Shown here: piece by piece, positions 10,015 through 20,062 of the stretch
Numbering within the stretch: the first letter of the stretch is position 1
Layout: every line of letters begins with the position of its first letter
IMG/VR virus record: IMGVR_UViG_3300031999_000026
Span: 1 to 53,732 of that record
DNA from: a virus
Taxonomy: Duplodnaviria > Caudoviricetes
Direction: 5' to 3' (one strand)
Length of the DNA: 53,732 nucleotides
Translations under genes and position numbers: made by a program
The notes under the pieces: generated by a model
What the model saw: the letters and a program-made list of their open reading frames with translations, nothing else
Databases searched by the model: none
What the model was told of the DNA's origin: nothing

Positions 10015-10494
10015 TTAAAATAATCTTTTTGTTTTAATTCTATGTATTAAACCATACTTTTCACTTAATTCTCGTAACAATTCTTCTTTATCAAGTACTC
10101 CAACTTCAGCATAAAGTTGATCATAATTAACCTGAAAAAATTCTGCAAACGCGATAAAAATTTCTATGTTGGAGTATTTTTTTTCTTCTAAAAGTTTTTC
10201 TTTGAAATAATAATACATTTTAATTCTATCATTTCCATCAGCTCTTTTAGGGGTTTTGTATTTTTCAAAATAAGGAGAAATTTCAAAAATATTATACATT
10301 TCATCATCTAACATTTTTAATGTTCGTTTTTCGATAATATTTTCTCCTAACTGATCTTCATAAAGTACAAATACACTATCATGAACTCTCATTGTGTTAC
10401 CAAAATCTTCATAAATTTGTTCGCCTTGATTAAAAGAGTTATTTATGATTTTATCAGTTTTTAATTCATTCTTATTTTCAACAGAATTTTTCAT
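10015..10494 (-). CDS. hypothetical protein
   Basis: 159 aa ORF in operon. Confidence 0.7.
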   Translation of the reverse strand: MKNSVENKNELKTDKIINNSFNQGEQIYEDFGNTMRVHDSVFVLYEDQLGENIIEKRTLKMLDDEMYNIFEISPYFEKYKTPKRADGNDRIKMYYYFKEKLLEEKKYSNIEIFIAFAEFFQVNYDQLYAEVGVLDKEELLRELSEKYGLIHRIKTKRLF

Positions 10495-10649
10495 ATTTTG
10501 CTTATTTTATTTTGATCTTCTCCTGTAAGTTCAGGATAATCTTTATGAAGTTTATAAGTAAATATATTTATTTTTTTCATTAATATATGATATTCTTTCC
10601 ATAAATCATCCACTTCTTTTTCGCGACTATAATCTTCATTTTTTTTCAT
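10491..10649 (-). CDS. small hypothetical protein (52 aa, not in ORF track)
   Basis: MKKNEDYSREKEVDDLWKEY...; stop overlaps next ATG (ATGA). Confidence 0.45.
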   Translation of the reverse strand: MKKNEDYSREKEVDDLWKEYHILMKKINIFTYKLHKDYPELTGEDQNKISKI

Positions 10650-10652
10650 AAT

Positions 10653-11204
10653 TTATATATTAAATAATTCATTTACACTATTTTTCACACTTCCAAAATC
10701 TATATTACTTGGAGAATTTGGTTCTAGAGGTTGAAGTGATTGGCTTATTACTGCATCAATAGTTGTAGTTGTTGAGTGTTGTTTTTGTCCTCTTGGTTGT
10801 TTTTGTCCTGCTGCTACATTATTGATAAAAAACTCCATATCTTGAATTGGAGAGTTTCTATCTTCTTCAATTCTCGCGTATTTCCAGTCTATTGTATATC
10901 TTTGTCTACAATTTTCATATCCTGCTACTCTATTTGCTAAACATTTTAAAAAGTATTCTCCCCTTGCTTTCATTTGTGGATCTGCTACAATTCCAAACAA
11001 AAGATCTACTGTATGTAATAAACCACCAGATTCTGCTAATGATGTAATATTTGAATCATTATTAAGCCAACCACTGTTATGTGTTAATATATCATTGGCA
11101 AAAAATAATTTATGGTTTGAATCTACCACAATATCAATTGTATCTATTATATCATATTCTTCAATAGATACGATTTCATCTTCAATAATTTTAATATCAT
11201 TCAT
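10653..11204 (-). CDS. gp41: replicative helicase C-fragment fused to split intein IntC
   Basis: 43-aa IntC ending FANDILTHN, then S+1 extein SGW...LAESGGLLHTVD (DnaB/gp41 motif H4). Confidence 0.9.
   Translation of the reverse strand: MNDIKIIEDEIVSIEEYDIIDTIDIVVDSNHKLFFANDILTHNSGWLNNDSNITSLAESGGLLHTVDLLFGIVADPQMKARGEYFLKCLANRVAGYENCRQRYTIDWKYARIEEDRNSPIQDMEFFINNVAAGQKQPRGQKQHSTTTTIDAVISQSLQPLEPNSPSNIDFGSVKNSVNELFNI
11076..11204 (-). mobile_element. split intein C-part (helicase), 43 aa
   Basis: block F DTIDIVV, block G HN|S. Confidence 0.92.
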
Positions 11205-12570
11205 TTTTTAAAAAATTTAAACATTCATTTATAATTTCTTCTTTATTTTTATGATACACAGATTCCCATATAATTTTTATTTTATACTCATGTTTTGATG
11301 CTAATTCTTGTTTATATTTATCATTTTCCCATATATCTTTAGCATAAATATGAGTCATTTTATTAACATCATTTTCATTATATTTAAGTGGATTCATATG
11401 CCAAAAATCTCCATTAAACTCAATTATTTTATTATTATATGTAAAATCATAAAAAAATAATTTATTAGTTACTTCATCATAAATAAACATTTCTGTATTA
11501 TTTCCCATAAATTTACAATATTCATCATTAAGTTTATTTTTTAATATTTCAAATAAATTTTTTGAAATATCCGATGCATTCTTTTTATTTATTAAATTAT
11601 CAATTAATCTTTTTTTTGCTTTTATATATTCTATTTTACCTTGTTCTTCTCCATATTTTTCAATATAATATTCTATAGTATGCGCATATTTTTGTTTTAA
11701 AATATATTCATTATATTTTTTATTTCCTTCAATTTCACCATATATTTGAATATATTTTTCTTTATGTGGTATTTTAGATTTATTTCTTTTTTCTTTTAAA
11801 AAATTTTCAAACCATTTATTTCCGTGTTTTCTTCTTATATTACCATACCAAGTATGATCTTTGAATATTATTTTTCCATCCTCTCCATAAGTATCAATAT
11901 AATATTGTTTTGATTTTTTATATGAATTTTTTTTATTTTTATTCTCCCATTTTAATAATCCTTCTTTTTCTCCATGTCGTTGTATATAACCCTCTTTTGT
12001 ATTTACAACAGCATATGTTTCTTGTCTTTTATCATATAATTTTTTCCCGGTTTCTTTTCCATATTTTTTAATATATCCTTCAAGTGAATTTCCAAATTTA
12101 TAATTTTTTATATAATTATCATATTTTTTTCTTCCTTCTTCTTCTCCACATTTATTAATCAATGTATCCAAATTATTAGGACATTTCGATTTTAATATTA
12201 ATGTAGATTGTTCCTCTCCAAATTTATCAATTAAATATTCTTTTGTACTTGTTATTTTTTGTTTCTCTGATCTTTTTAAATATCTTTTTTCTCCTTCTAT
12301 TTCTCCATATCGTATTAAAAATGATTTTTTTGTTGAACTATCTTTTTTTAAATTTTTAATTTCTTGTAAACGCTTAATAATATCATATTCAGAAAAATCA
12401 TATATTAACAAATCTATTATTTTTCTTATATCATAATCATATGTATGATATTTATTTTTTGATTCTAAATAATCATTTAAACTTTTTAAAGTTTTAATAC
12501 AATGCATATCAAAACTTATATTAAAACTTAATTTTAATAGTTTAATTTTAAAATTTTCTATAGCTTCCAT
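11197..12570 (-). CDS. free-standing Vsr/DUF559-like homing endonuclease between the helicase intein halves
   Basis: multiple K(Y/H)GEEEG.KKY repeats plus C-terminal YDF...IIEFNGDFWH...IIWES domain; 8-nt overlap with IntC start. Confidence 0.8.
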   Translation of the reverse strand: MEAIENFKIKLLKLSFNISFDMHCIKTLKSLNDYLESKNKYHTYDYDIRKIIDLLIYDFSEYDIIKRLQEIKNLKKDSSTKKSFLIRYGEIEGEKRYLKRSEKQKITSTKEYLIDKFGEEQSTLILKSKCPNNLDTLINKCGEEEGRKKYDNYIKNYKFGNSLEGYIKKYGKETGKKLYDKRQETYAVVNTKEGYIQRHGEKEGLLKWENKNKKNSYKKSKQYYIDTYGEDGKIIFKDHTWYGNIRRKHGNKWFENFLKEKRNKSKIPHKEKYIQIYGEIEGNKKYNEYILKQKYAHTIEYYIEKYGEEQGKIEYIKAKKRLIDNLINKKNASDISKNLFEILKNKLNDEYCKFMGNNTEMFIYDEVTNKLFFYDFTYNNKIIEFNGDFWHMNPLKYNENDVNKMTHIYAKDIWENDKYKQELASKHEYKIKIIWESVYHKNKEEIINECLNFLKNE

Positions 12571-12590
12571 AACTCATATATTTTTTTCGT

Positions 12591-12863
12591 TTACTCATTT
12601 GTTCTTATATATATCTTATCTCCCTTATGAAAATTTGATACTTGTTGTAATGAGTTGTTAATAGGAAATACATGATTTTTAGAACAGATGATTTCTTTTC
12701 CAGATTTAGTTTTTATTTTATATGTTTTTGTACTTTTATTATTATAAATATTATTAACTTTTACATACCCTTCATCTCCTAATATAAAATCATTTATTTT
12801 TAAATCTTTAAGTTTAATTTTTCCCTTATCTTTATGATATATTATAGTATTTGGGTCTAAACA
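12591..12863 (-). mobile_element. split intein N-part (helicase), 90 aa
   Basis: Cys1 CLDPNT block A; block B IICSKNHVF. Confidence 0.92.
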
Positions 12864-13931
12864 ACGATTGGTTTGAGTAGGTGAAATAATAGCCCAATTA
12901 TTTTCTTGCCCCATTGCTCTAACATCTTCAGAAATTTGTTTTATTTTCATATATAAATTCTCAGTGTTAGGATTTCTCCAATTTTTCATAATATTTAAAT
13001 AATCTATAAAAATGTTTTCAAATTTATACCCCAATATTTCTTGAGCTTTTCTTAAGTAAGCACCAATATCATTTGCAGATGCAGTTGAAGATGGAAATTC
13101 TTTAACATGTAATTCACCAAGAGGTTTAATAGATCTTTGTTTTAAATTCGTAAGTTTTTGTTTAAGTAATGATTGATCTTTTGTAAATTCTTCATAATCA
13201 TCTAAAGGAATATTTAACATATTTGCGCCTATTCTCATGTTTACAATTTCTTCTTGTAATTCTAATGTGATATATGCTGTATTGTGCCCATTAATTACAG
13301 ATTTTGCTGCTAAATTACAAAGCCAAGTAGATTTTCCGGCTTTAGGTGCACCCAATAACACTATAAGTGATCCTTTCCAATTACCACCTTTAGTACATAA
13401 ATCTATAAAATTATATCCCGTAGAAGTTCTTGCTAATCTTGTTTGTAAGTGAGATGCAGCGTCAAAGAAATTTTTACCCATATTAAAAGTAAAGTCTATA
13501 ATAGTTTCTGACGTTAGCATATGACGTGCTTTTTCAACAACTTCTTTTGCATTTTCTGCTGTAACTGTTGTAGTTTTCATGTATGCGATTACTTTTCGCA
13601 TCACATTATCAAGATTTCTAATTTCAATCCATGGTCCTATATTATTTTCCAACCATTGATCACCATATTGTGATAAAAGTTGTTTTGTATTATAAACAGC
13701 ATCAATTATATCATTAGTAAATTTTTCACTTAGTCCTTTTATTTGAACCAATTGAATCATTTGTTCCTTTGAGGGTGCTTCTTTATATCTTAAACAATGC
13801 TCTTTGGCAATTTCAAATAATTCTTTAATATTTTGATTTGTGAAAAAATCAGGCTTTGTTGTATTAAGAAATAAAGAATTGCTTAAGATATAATGGTAGA
13901 AAATTTGCTCTTGGTAGCTATTTATGCTCAT
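12591..13931 (-). CDS. gp41: replicative helicase N-fragment (gp41/DnaB-like) fused to split intein IntN
   Basis: Walker A GAPKAGKS, YITLEL, IFIDYL, PTQTNR followed by intein CLDPNT... and stop. Confidence 0.92.
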   Translation of the reverse strand: MSINSYQEQIFYHYILSNSLFLNTTKPDFFTNQNIKELFEIAKEHCLRYKEAPSKEQMIQLVQIKGLSEKFTNDIIDAVYNTKQLLSQYGDQWLENNIGPWIEIRNLDNVMRKVIAYMKTTTVTAENAKEVVEKARHMLTSETIIDFTFNMGKNFFDAASHLQTRLARTSTGYNFIDLCTKGGNWKGSLIVLLGAPKAGKSTWLCNLAAKSVINGHNTAYITLELQEEIVNMRIGANMLNIPLDDYEEFTKDQSLLKQKLTNLKQRSIKPLGELHVKEFPSSTASANDIGAYLRKAQEILGYKFENIFIDYLNIMKNWRNPNTENLYMKIKQISEDVRAMGQENNWAIISPTQTNRCLDPNTIIYHKDKGKIKLKDLKINDFILGDEGYVKVNNIYNNKSTKTYKIKTKSGKEIICSKNHVFPINNSLQQVSNFHKGDKIYIRTNE

Positions 13932-13944
13932 ATTAAATGAATAT

Positions 13945-14220
13945 TTATAATTCCCATAAATGTTTTATTACTTTATAATTTGAATATTTAAGTTTTTCTA
14001 AATATCCCAGTTTAACTAATTCATCTAAATCATCAGACAAAAGAGATGAAATTCTTACTCGAGTTTTAAGAAATGCTTCATGTGTTTTAAATTCTGATTC
14101 ATATCGTCTTTCATTATCTAGAAATGATACAATTTCAAATAAAAGATCTATGTGTGTAGGATTTTCAATTATTCCAATAAGGTTTTTAATTTTAACAATT
14201 TTTTCATTTATAGGCTTCAT
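13945..14220 (-). CDS. hypothetical protein (possible winged helix)
   Basis: 91 aa; LDELVKLGYLEK motif; directly upstream of helicase. Confidence 0.6.
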   Translation of the reverse strand: MKPINEKIVKIKNLIGIIENPTHIDLLFEIVSFLDNERRYESEFKTHEAFLKTRVRISSLLSDDLDELVKLGYLEKLKYSNYKVIKHLWEL

Positions 14221-14239
14221 ATTCTAAAAATAGTTTATT

Positions 14240-14268
14240 TTTATATCAACAAAAAGATCTAAAGTTTT
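14240..14268 (-). promoter_or_regulatory. putative replication-gene promoter AAAACTT-N16-TATAAA
   Basis: same motif and spacing upstream of uvsX, polymerase fragment and clamp. Confidence 0.6.
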
Positions 14269-14280
14269 CTCTAGATCTTT
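14251..14280 (-). terminator. hairpin/terminator overlapping promoter
   Basis: AAAGATCTAGAG-AAAA-CTTTAGATCTTTTT. Confidence 0.55.
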
Positions 14281-14300
14281 AATAAATTGTTAAAAGATTC

Positions 14301-14525
14301 TTATATAGTTGGTGTAAAATCTACATAATATTCTAAACCTACTTCAAAAAAATCGTTTTTTACAGATGATACTTCTATTAAACCTGTTGGTGTAGCAGCA
14401 TAAAATTTTAAGTTTTCATCACTGCCGCTTGTAACGGGAGTGAATTTTGCAGCCCATAAATACTTATGTTCTCCCCACCCTAATCTTTTTTCTACACTAT
14501 TACATTTGAATTTTGCTCTTGTCAT
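14301..14525 (-). CDS. small phage hypothetical protein
   Basis: 74 aa MTRAKFKCNSV...ENLKFYAATPTG. Confidence 0.7.
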   Translation of the reverse strand: MTRAKFKCNSVEKRLGWGEHKYLWAAKFTPVTSGSDENLKFYAATPTGLIEVSSVKNDFFEVGLEYYVDFTPTI

Positions 14526-14536
14526 ATTAGTTATTT

Positions 14537-16144
14537 TTAATTTCCTAAATTTGTTAAATCAATTGGATCTTCTATTATTTCATTGTCATCTAATAAATCA
14601 TCGGTTACTTCAGCTAAATCTTCTAAACTTTCTATTGAAGGCAAAGAAAATGTCTTCTTTATGATATTATTATCTAATTCATGCAATACTTCATCTGTAA
14701 ATACTGTTGAAGTATATAATTGTGATACGGGAAATTCTCCTCCTAAATGTTTACAAACAAGATATTTTGATGTATCTCTTGGTTCTACCCAAACTTTGGC
14801 GTTAGGTTTTTTTACTGAAACAGTTAAGCCTTTTGTGTTTATTTCTTCAACTAAATCCCAACCCTGCCACTGAAAAGATACCTTTTTTTCATCATCTTTT
14901 AATTTATCATATTCTATTTGGGTATGCATTTTTCCTCTAACAATTCCACAATTATCCCAATTTACAAATCTTTCTAAACCTACATAAGGATTTGGCTTTT
15001 TATAAAATGGAATATGAATTTTAACAGGAATTGGCCGTGCAAATCTTTGCTTATAGGGCCAAAGGGTTACAACTATACCAACTTTTGCTCCCTCAAGTCC
15101 TTGTTTTTTAACATGTTCTTCAGAATCTTTATCAGTCAATTTTGATTTCGTAAGTGTAAACATTATCGAAGGTGAATATTTTCCTCCTCCACCACCAGAT
15201 ATAGTATTACCACCTATAAATGAACCGATTGAAGCGTACACGTGGTTGCAAATTACAAAGGGTATACCTTTCTTAGCAAAATCATTACCAATAACTCTAA
15301 AAGTTCTACGAATTTGTTGAGATTTGGTCATATCCCTTTTATCTGATCCGCTTGTAGCGTCAGTCTTTTCTTTTGTAGATGATAAACTTCCTAATGAATC
15401 AAGAACAACCATGATTTTTGGTACATCTTTCTTAGCAGCTTTAAGTTCTGAAACAGTCTCATTAAGCTTAGCAGCTAAAGTTGTAAATTCTTCAACTGTA
15501 CCTACGTTTTCAATACGGATTTTCGCAGTATCGATTCCTAATCTTTTAAGAAAATCGACATCAATAGAACCTTCTGAATCATAATAGATTGGAAAATAAC
15601 CCATTGATTGAGCATTACGTACAATACTGCAAGCAAGATATGTCTTACCAGAATTATGACTACTTAAACCATTTCCTGACCAATATCGATGATTATCATG
15701 AAGAATTTCAAAATCATAAACAATTTCTGATTTATATGATTTTTTTATTTTTAGTTTTCTATATCCATCTTTTGTTAGTAAAAGATCACTTAATATTAAA
15801 TCTTCGGTTTTTTTCCATCCTTTAGATGTTTCAAACATATGATCACTAGAGCACTTTGTTTTAAAGTTATCTACTGTCTCTATGTAAAATATAGGTTTTG
15901 GACCTTTTATATAAAAGTCTCCTACTTCACTAAACCCATCAGGAGTATCTATGACGAACGCAGTCTCTTGATAATTATCAATTAAATCTTTGATTTTTAT
16001 TTTCTGAGAATGATTCTTAACATATTCATCAAATTTCTTTTTCAGATATTCTTCACTACATTCTATTAAAGATTTTCCTAAAAATGTTTTAAAATTTTCT
16101 CCTAAAACAAATTGCAATTCTTGTTTAATTAGTTCTACATTCAT
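14537..16144 (-). CDS. uvsX: RecA/UvsX C-fragment fused to long split-intein IntC
   Basis: 164-aa IntC ending GLSSHN, then SGKT (rest of P-loop), YDSEG, VLDSLG, NHVY, SGGGG RecA motifs. Confidence 0.9.
   Translation of the reverse strand: MNVELIKQELQFVLGENFKTFLGKSLIECSEEYLKKKFDEYVKNHSQKIKIKDLIDNYQETAFVIDTPDGFSEVGDFYIKGPKPIFYIETVDNFKTKCSSDHMFETSKGWKKTEDLILSDLLLTKDGYRKLKIKKSYKSEIVYDFEILHDNHRYWSGNGLSSHNSGKTYLACSIVRNAQSMGYFPIYYDSEGSIDVDFLKRLGIDTAKIRIENVGTVEEFTTLAAKLNETVSELKAAKKDVPKIMVVLDSLGSLSSTKEKTDATSGSDKRDMTKSQQIRRTFRVIGNDFAKKGIPFVICNHVYASIGSFIGGNTISGGGGGKYSPSIMFTLTKSKLTDKDSEEHVKKQGLEGAKVGIVVTLWPYKQRFARPIPVKIHIPFYKKPNPYVGLERFVNWDNCGIVRGKMHTQIEYDKLKDDEKKVSFQWQGWDLVEEINTKGLTVSVKKPNAKVWVEPRDTSKYLVCKHLGGEFPVSQLYTSTVFTDEVLHELDNNIIKKTFSLPSIESLEDLAEVTDDLLDDNEIIEDPIDLTNLGN
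15653..16144 (-). mobile_element. atypical split intein C-part (RecA), 164 aa
   Basis: DTPDGF, block B KCSSDHMF, block F VYDFEI, block G HN|S. Confidence 0.9.
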
Positions 16145-17369
16145 TTAATTCTAATATTTTATTAATTATTCTATTCTTAGCATATTCAAAAGTTTCATTT
16201 TCCCATATTACCAGATAATTAAATTTTCTCGACAACGCTAATTGCTGTTTATACTCATCATTTAAATATTGTTCATCTGCAGTTTTTCTAGATATAGGAT
16301 TAATCCATTTTTTCCATTCTGATTCGGAAAGTATATCTTTATTCGGATGAAAAGCTACTCCATTATACTCTATAATTAAATTTATATCTTTTATACATAG
16401 ATCATAAAAATTTATCTTTTTATTATCATAATTATATATGAAATATTCATTACTTCCCATATATACTCTTTTAAATTCAATATTATACTTATTTTTTATT
16501 ACTTTTAAAACTTCTTCAAATAAATCTATAGATTTTTGTGAATATCGTTTAGATCGTGTTGTTTTTCTTATAAGTATACTTAATTTTTCTTCATTTGTTT
16601 TAGAATTTAATGTGTTTAACCATTTATCTATTGTTTTCTTAAATTTTATTATACCCTCTTCTCTACCATATAATTCTATGTAATGATCTAAAGATCGTGT
16701 ATCTTGAATTTGGCGTAATTGTTCTGATGCGTCGTTAAGTGAAAGCCCTTTATTAATCCAATATTTTATTTGTCTAACTGTTAAAATTTCTTCTCCATTT
16801 TCTTTTCGTTTAATATAAGATTCTTTTCCTAGATTAGAATAAAAATTAAACATCTTTGCTTTCGCATCATCTTCACTAATTCCCTTATCTAACCAATAAT
16901 TTATCTGTGAAGGTCTCCAAAATTTTTTATGTTTACCCGCATTGTAATTTAATGAATACGTATTACATCTCTTAATAGTATATTCATTAAATTTTTCTAA
17001 ACCTAATCTCTCTCCGTATTTTTTAACGAATTTTTCTAGAGAATTATTAGATTGTAATTTTTTAATGAAAGATATAGATTCTTCTTCGCTCCATCCTCTA
17101 CTAATATAATATCTTTTATTTAAACGAGTATTACTATAGAATCCTAAAAATGATAAGTTAGGTTGGGATTTTTTTAATTTAAAAATATTTAAATAATGTT
17201 CATATTTTTGTATAAGAAAATTTTCTTCTATATTCTTATTCAAAGATGGAATTATCTCAAAAATGATTTCTTTGAATAAATCATAAGAAACAGGATTGTT
17301 TAATCGTTTTCTTTTATGATTCGAATTAGAAGTAAAGAAAAATAAATCTTCAAGATTTTTTGATTTCAT
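16125..17369 (-). CDS. free-standing Vsr/DUF559-like homing endonuclease between the RecA intein halves
   Basis: YGxxxG and YWxxKG.S repeats; C-terminal FYDL...IIEYNGVAFH...VIWE; overlaps both flanking ORFs by 20 nt. Confidence 0.8.
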   Translation of the reverse strand: MKSKNLEDLFFFTSNSNHKRKRLNNPVSYDLFKEIIFEIIPSLNKNIEENFLIQKYEHYLNIFKLKKSQPNLSFLGFYSNTRLNKRYYISRGWSEEESISFIKKLQSNNSLEKFVKKYGERLGLEKFNEYTIKRCNTYSLNYNAGKHKKFWRPSQINYWLDKGISEDDAKAKMFNFYSNLGKESYIKRKENGEEILTVRQIKYWINKGLSLNDASEQLRQIQDTRSLDHYIELYGREEGIIKFKKTIDKWLNTLNSKTNEEKLSILIRKTTRSKRYSQKSIDLFEEVLKVIKNKYNIEFKRVYMGSNEYFIYNYDNKKINFYDLCIKDINLIIEYNGVAFHPNKDILSESEWKKWINPISRKTADEQYLNDEYKQQLALSRKFNYLVIWENETFEYAKNRIINKILELNECRTN

Positions 17370-17430
17370 GTTTTTGAGATATATTACTTTTTAATATATA
17401 TATCTCAATTTTTTCATCTTTTTGTAAACA
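17350..17430 (-). mobile_element. atypical split intein N-part (RecA), 26 aa
   Basis: Cys1 immediately after GEEG of the P-loop; the spliced product restores GEEGSGKT. Confidence 0.88.
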
Positions 17431-17667
17431 TCCCTCTTCTCCTGCGAACATAAGTGATCTCCTGTTAGGCATACCACCGAATAGGGAACCACTTAACGCA
17501 GCATTAAGGATATACGAACCGGTAGGTATCCATTCGTCTATCCTCGCATATATACTATCTTCTACTATTGCTCCGTCTGGAGAAAATTTTGAGAGCAAAT
17601 CATTTAATTCTGTGAATGAAGGTTTGCTATTTCCTGAGGATTTAGCTGCAGACATTTTTTTAGCCAT
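17350..17667 (-). CDS. uvsX: RecA/UvsX N-fragment fused to short IntN
   Basis: IPTGSYILNAALSGSLFGGMP..R...FAGEEG, then CLQKDEKI... and stop. Confidence 0.9.
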   Translation of the reverse strand: MAKKMSAAKSSGNSKPSFTELNDLLSKFSPDGAIVEDSIYARIDEWIPTGSYILNAALSGSLFGGMPNRRSLMFAGEEGCLQKDEKIEIYILKSNISQKHEIKKS

Positions 17668-17681
17668 AAAATTATTTAAAT

Positions 17682-17710
17682 ATTATATAACTTTATGGCA
17701 AAAAAGTTTT
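17682..17710 (-). promoter_or_regulatory. putative promoter AAAACTT-N16-TATAAT
   Basis: exact motif upstream of uvsX N-fragment. Confidence 0.6.
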
Positions 17711-17799
17711 AATAGATTTTTATATTTTATTTAATACTGTTATCTGCCCATATACATCTGCCCAAGCATATTCCATATTATTTGGAATCAAATGTTTTT

Positions 17800-18198
17800 T
17801 CAAATAAAGTAAATTATATTCTCATCAATATAATTTATGTATCCTTCATCTTTTAGTTTAATTTCATCTATGTTGAATTCAAGTCCTACTTCTTCTTTAG
17901 TTTCTCGTATTGCTGCAGTCAAACGATCTTCACCCTCTTCAATGTGACCCTTTGGAATACTATAAGTACCATACCACTTTGACCCTGTTGGGTGCTCTAA
18001 CAGTAGTTGTGATACGATGGTAATCCCCTTTTCCAAGATATGAGCACGATTAGCTACTAATTTACCCTTTGAGTTATTGCTCTTCTCTGGGAAAGCTGTT
18101 TCTCTCATTGGGATATATCTAGTTGCCCTGGACTTATCAACTTTAACACCAGCCGGTGAACCTGTTAATTGGTTCCGCAAATTTTTTGAACTTGGCAT
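17800..18198 (-). CDS. Nudix hydrolase (possibly C-terminally truncated)
   Basis: Nudix box PKGHIEEGEDRLTAAIRETKEEVGL; ORF ends ~24 aa later. Confidence 0.75.
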   Translation of the reverse strand: MPSSKNLRNQLTGSPAGVKVDKSRATRYIPMRETAFPEKSNNSKGKLVANRAHILEKGITIVSQLLLEHPTGSKWYGTYSIPKGHIEEGEDRLTAAIRETKEEVGLEFNIDEIKLKDEGYINYIDENIIYFI

Positions 18199-18275
18199 TG
18201 TCTTTTATTTTTAAGTTAGCAAATGTAATAAATTCCGAAAAAACATTATAATGACTAAACCAGCAGATTCTATCA

Positions 18276-18545
18276 TTAGAATGTTCCTAACCAAACTAAA
18301 TTAGCGTCGGCCCAATCATAAAAATCCTGCCATACATAATCAAATTCTTCAATATCTTCTACATCACGAAGGTTTTGAATTAGATCTTCAAATTTCATCG
18401 CTTCATATTCACCTAACTTATCATTAACTTCATCAATATCTGCTGATAATCTATCGCAAATTTCGCTTTGTATTTCTTCAAAATTATCTTCATCATAACG
18501 ATCCCAGATATCAGATACATCAATTTTTATTTTCCAGTTTGCCAT
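18276..18545 (-). CDS. acidic hypothetical protein
   Basis: 89 aa; FDYVWQDFYDWADANLVW. Confidence 0.7.
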   Translation of the reverse strand: MANWKIKIDVSDIWDRYDEDNFEEIQSEICDRLSADIDEVNDKLGEYEAMKFEDLIQNLRDVEDIEEFDYVWQDFYDWADANLVWLGTF

Positions 18546-18569
18546 ATTTTTTATTATATTTATTTAATA

Positions 18570-19220
18570 TCAAACAAAAGTTTTTTCACCATTTTTGTGT
18601 AATAAAGATTTTAATATACTTTCTTCATCATATCCTAATTCTTTCTTATTCATTATTTGACATATTTCATATAAATTATATGGACGCCATAAACCTATTC
18701 TATCTATACCTACATCAAATGATAATTTAGGCTGTCCCTCTAAAGGACGACAATGACTATGACCAAAAAGATGCCACGCGTTATGTATCATACGATTATA
18801 TGATAACATACAATAGTGACAAAGTACTATATGAATATTTAATCCAAACTTTGAGTAAGAAAAATCTTTTATTTGAGTTATCTGTGTAAATCTTGTAGAT
18901 TTTTCTAAACTTTTATCATGATTACCAAGAATAAGAAACTTTTCACCATTAAGTCTATCAACAAATCTATCTGCATCAGGTTTACGTGCAAATGAAATAT
19001 CTCCTATATAATAAACCACATCTTTCTTTTTAACATAATTATTAATAACATCTTTAACTAACCATTCTTCATGCATTAGCTGAGAACAAGGCCTTCCACA
19101 AATTGAAATTATTCGATCATGAGAATGATGTAAATCTGCAGTAAACCATATTTTCTGCATATCCTGAATAATTTCGGGAGTTAACTTATCAATTATATCT
19201 ATTTTAATGTTTATTTTCAT
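18570..19220 (-). CDS. calcineurin-like metallophosphoesterase
   Basis: ADLHHSH, IGD, GNHD, FGHSH, FDVGID. Confidence 0.88.
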   Translation of the reverse strand: MKINIKIDIIDKLTPEIIQDMQKIWFTADLHHSHDRIISICGRPCSQLMHEEWLVKDVINNYVKKKDVVYYIGDISFARKPDADRFVDRLNGEKFLILGNHDKSLEKSTRFTQITQIKDFSYSKFGLNIHIVLCHYCMLSYNRMIHNAWHLFGHSHCRPLEGQPKLSFDVGIDRIGLWRPYNLYEICQIMNKKELGYDEESILKSLLHKNGEKTFV

Positions 19221-19663
19221 TTATTTATCTTTATCAAATAATTTTTTCCAGTATTAAATATCGTGTACCAATGCTCGTTATATTCGAATGTAATTTTTTC
19301 ATCTGTATAATTTGATACATTAACATAATCACAAAAAAGTAACTTAACTTCACCAGCACCATAACCAGATTCTATAGTTCCCTCAAAATCTTTGTATTCC
19401 CATGGATGGTCTTCAACTTTAATTGCCATAAGAACTTTTCCGGGAATTGTAGGAAATTGATGTTTAGGAATAACAAATGATCTAAGTACTCTATATCCTG
19501 AATGTGATATCTTATCAGCACCAGTACTGTAAGGTTCTTTTGTGCTTGGATCTCTTTTTTCTATATACATGTGTATATCACCATAATCTTCAAATCTAAC
19601 ATCCCAGTGTAATCCTGCACGATTAGCATTATGCTCTTGTATAACTAATAGTCTTTTTTCCAT
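19217..19663 (-). CDS. stand-alone LigD 3'-phosphoesterase (PE) domain protein
   Basis: IQEH.A.RAGLHWDVR, SFVIPK, AIKVEDHPWEYKDFEG.I..GYGAG motifs. Confidence 0.85.
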   Translation of the reverse strand: MEKRLLVIQEHNANRAGLHWDVRFEDYGDIHMYIEKRDPSTKEPYSTGADKISHSGYRVLRSFVIPKHQFPTIPGKVLMAIKVEDHPWEYKDFEGTIESGYGAGEVKLLFCDYVNVSNYTDEKITFEYNEHWYTIFNTGKNYLIKINK

Positions 19664-20061
19664 TACTTATGGGCATTATGATATTCTTTTACTTTATTCC
19701 AATTAACTAATTCTCTTACCAAGGCATAAGGCATTAACTGAAAATACATTTCATTTTCTTCACAATATTTTTTCGCAGCTTTACATTTAAACGGAAGTTC
19801 AGGTTTATCATCACTTCCTTTAATTTCTAATATAATTCTTCTATCAACTTCATCTATGAAAAAATCTGGTATATAGTTTCTTTGTTTTCCCTCAAACAAA
19901 TAAGGAATACGAAATTTGGTATTCTTTTCCCACTTCAAATCATTATCATCCATATACATCATCATTGCTAATTCTGTCATAGAATCATAATGATATTTGA
20001 TTCCGGATTTAGAATCATAATAACCTTTACAAGAAGGAATACCTTTTCTTTTTTCTAACAT
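19663..20061 (-). CDS. TnsA-N-like PD-(D/E)xK endonuclease
   Basis: YDS.TE, IPY....RNYIPDF, LEIKG. Confidence 0.75.
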   Translation of the reverse strand: MLEKRKGIPSCKGYYDSKSGIKYHYDSMTELAMMMYMDDNDLKWEKNTKFRIPYLFEGKQRNYIPDFFIDEVDRRIILEIKGSDDKPELPFKCKAAKKYCEENEMYFQLMPYALVRELVNWNKVKEYHNAHK

Positions 20062-20062
20062 A

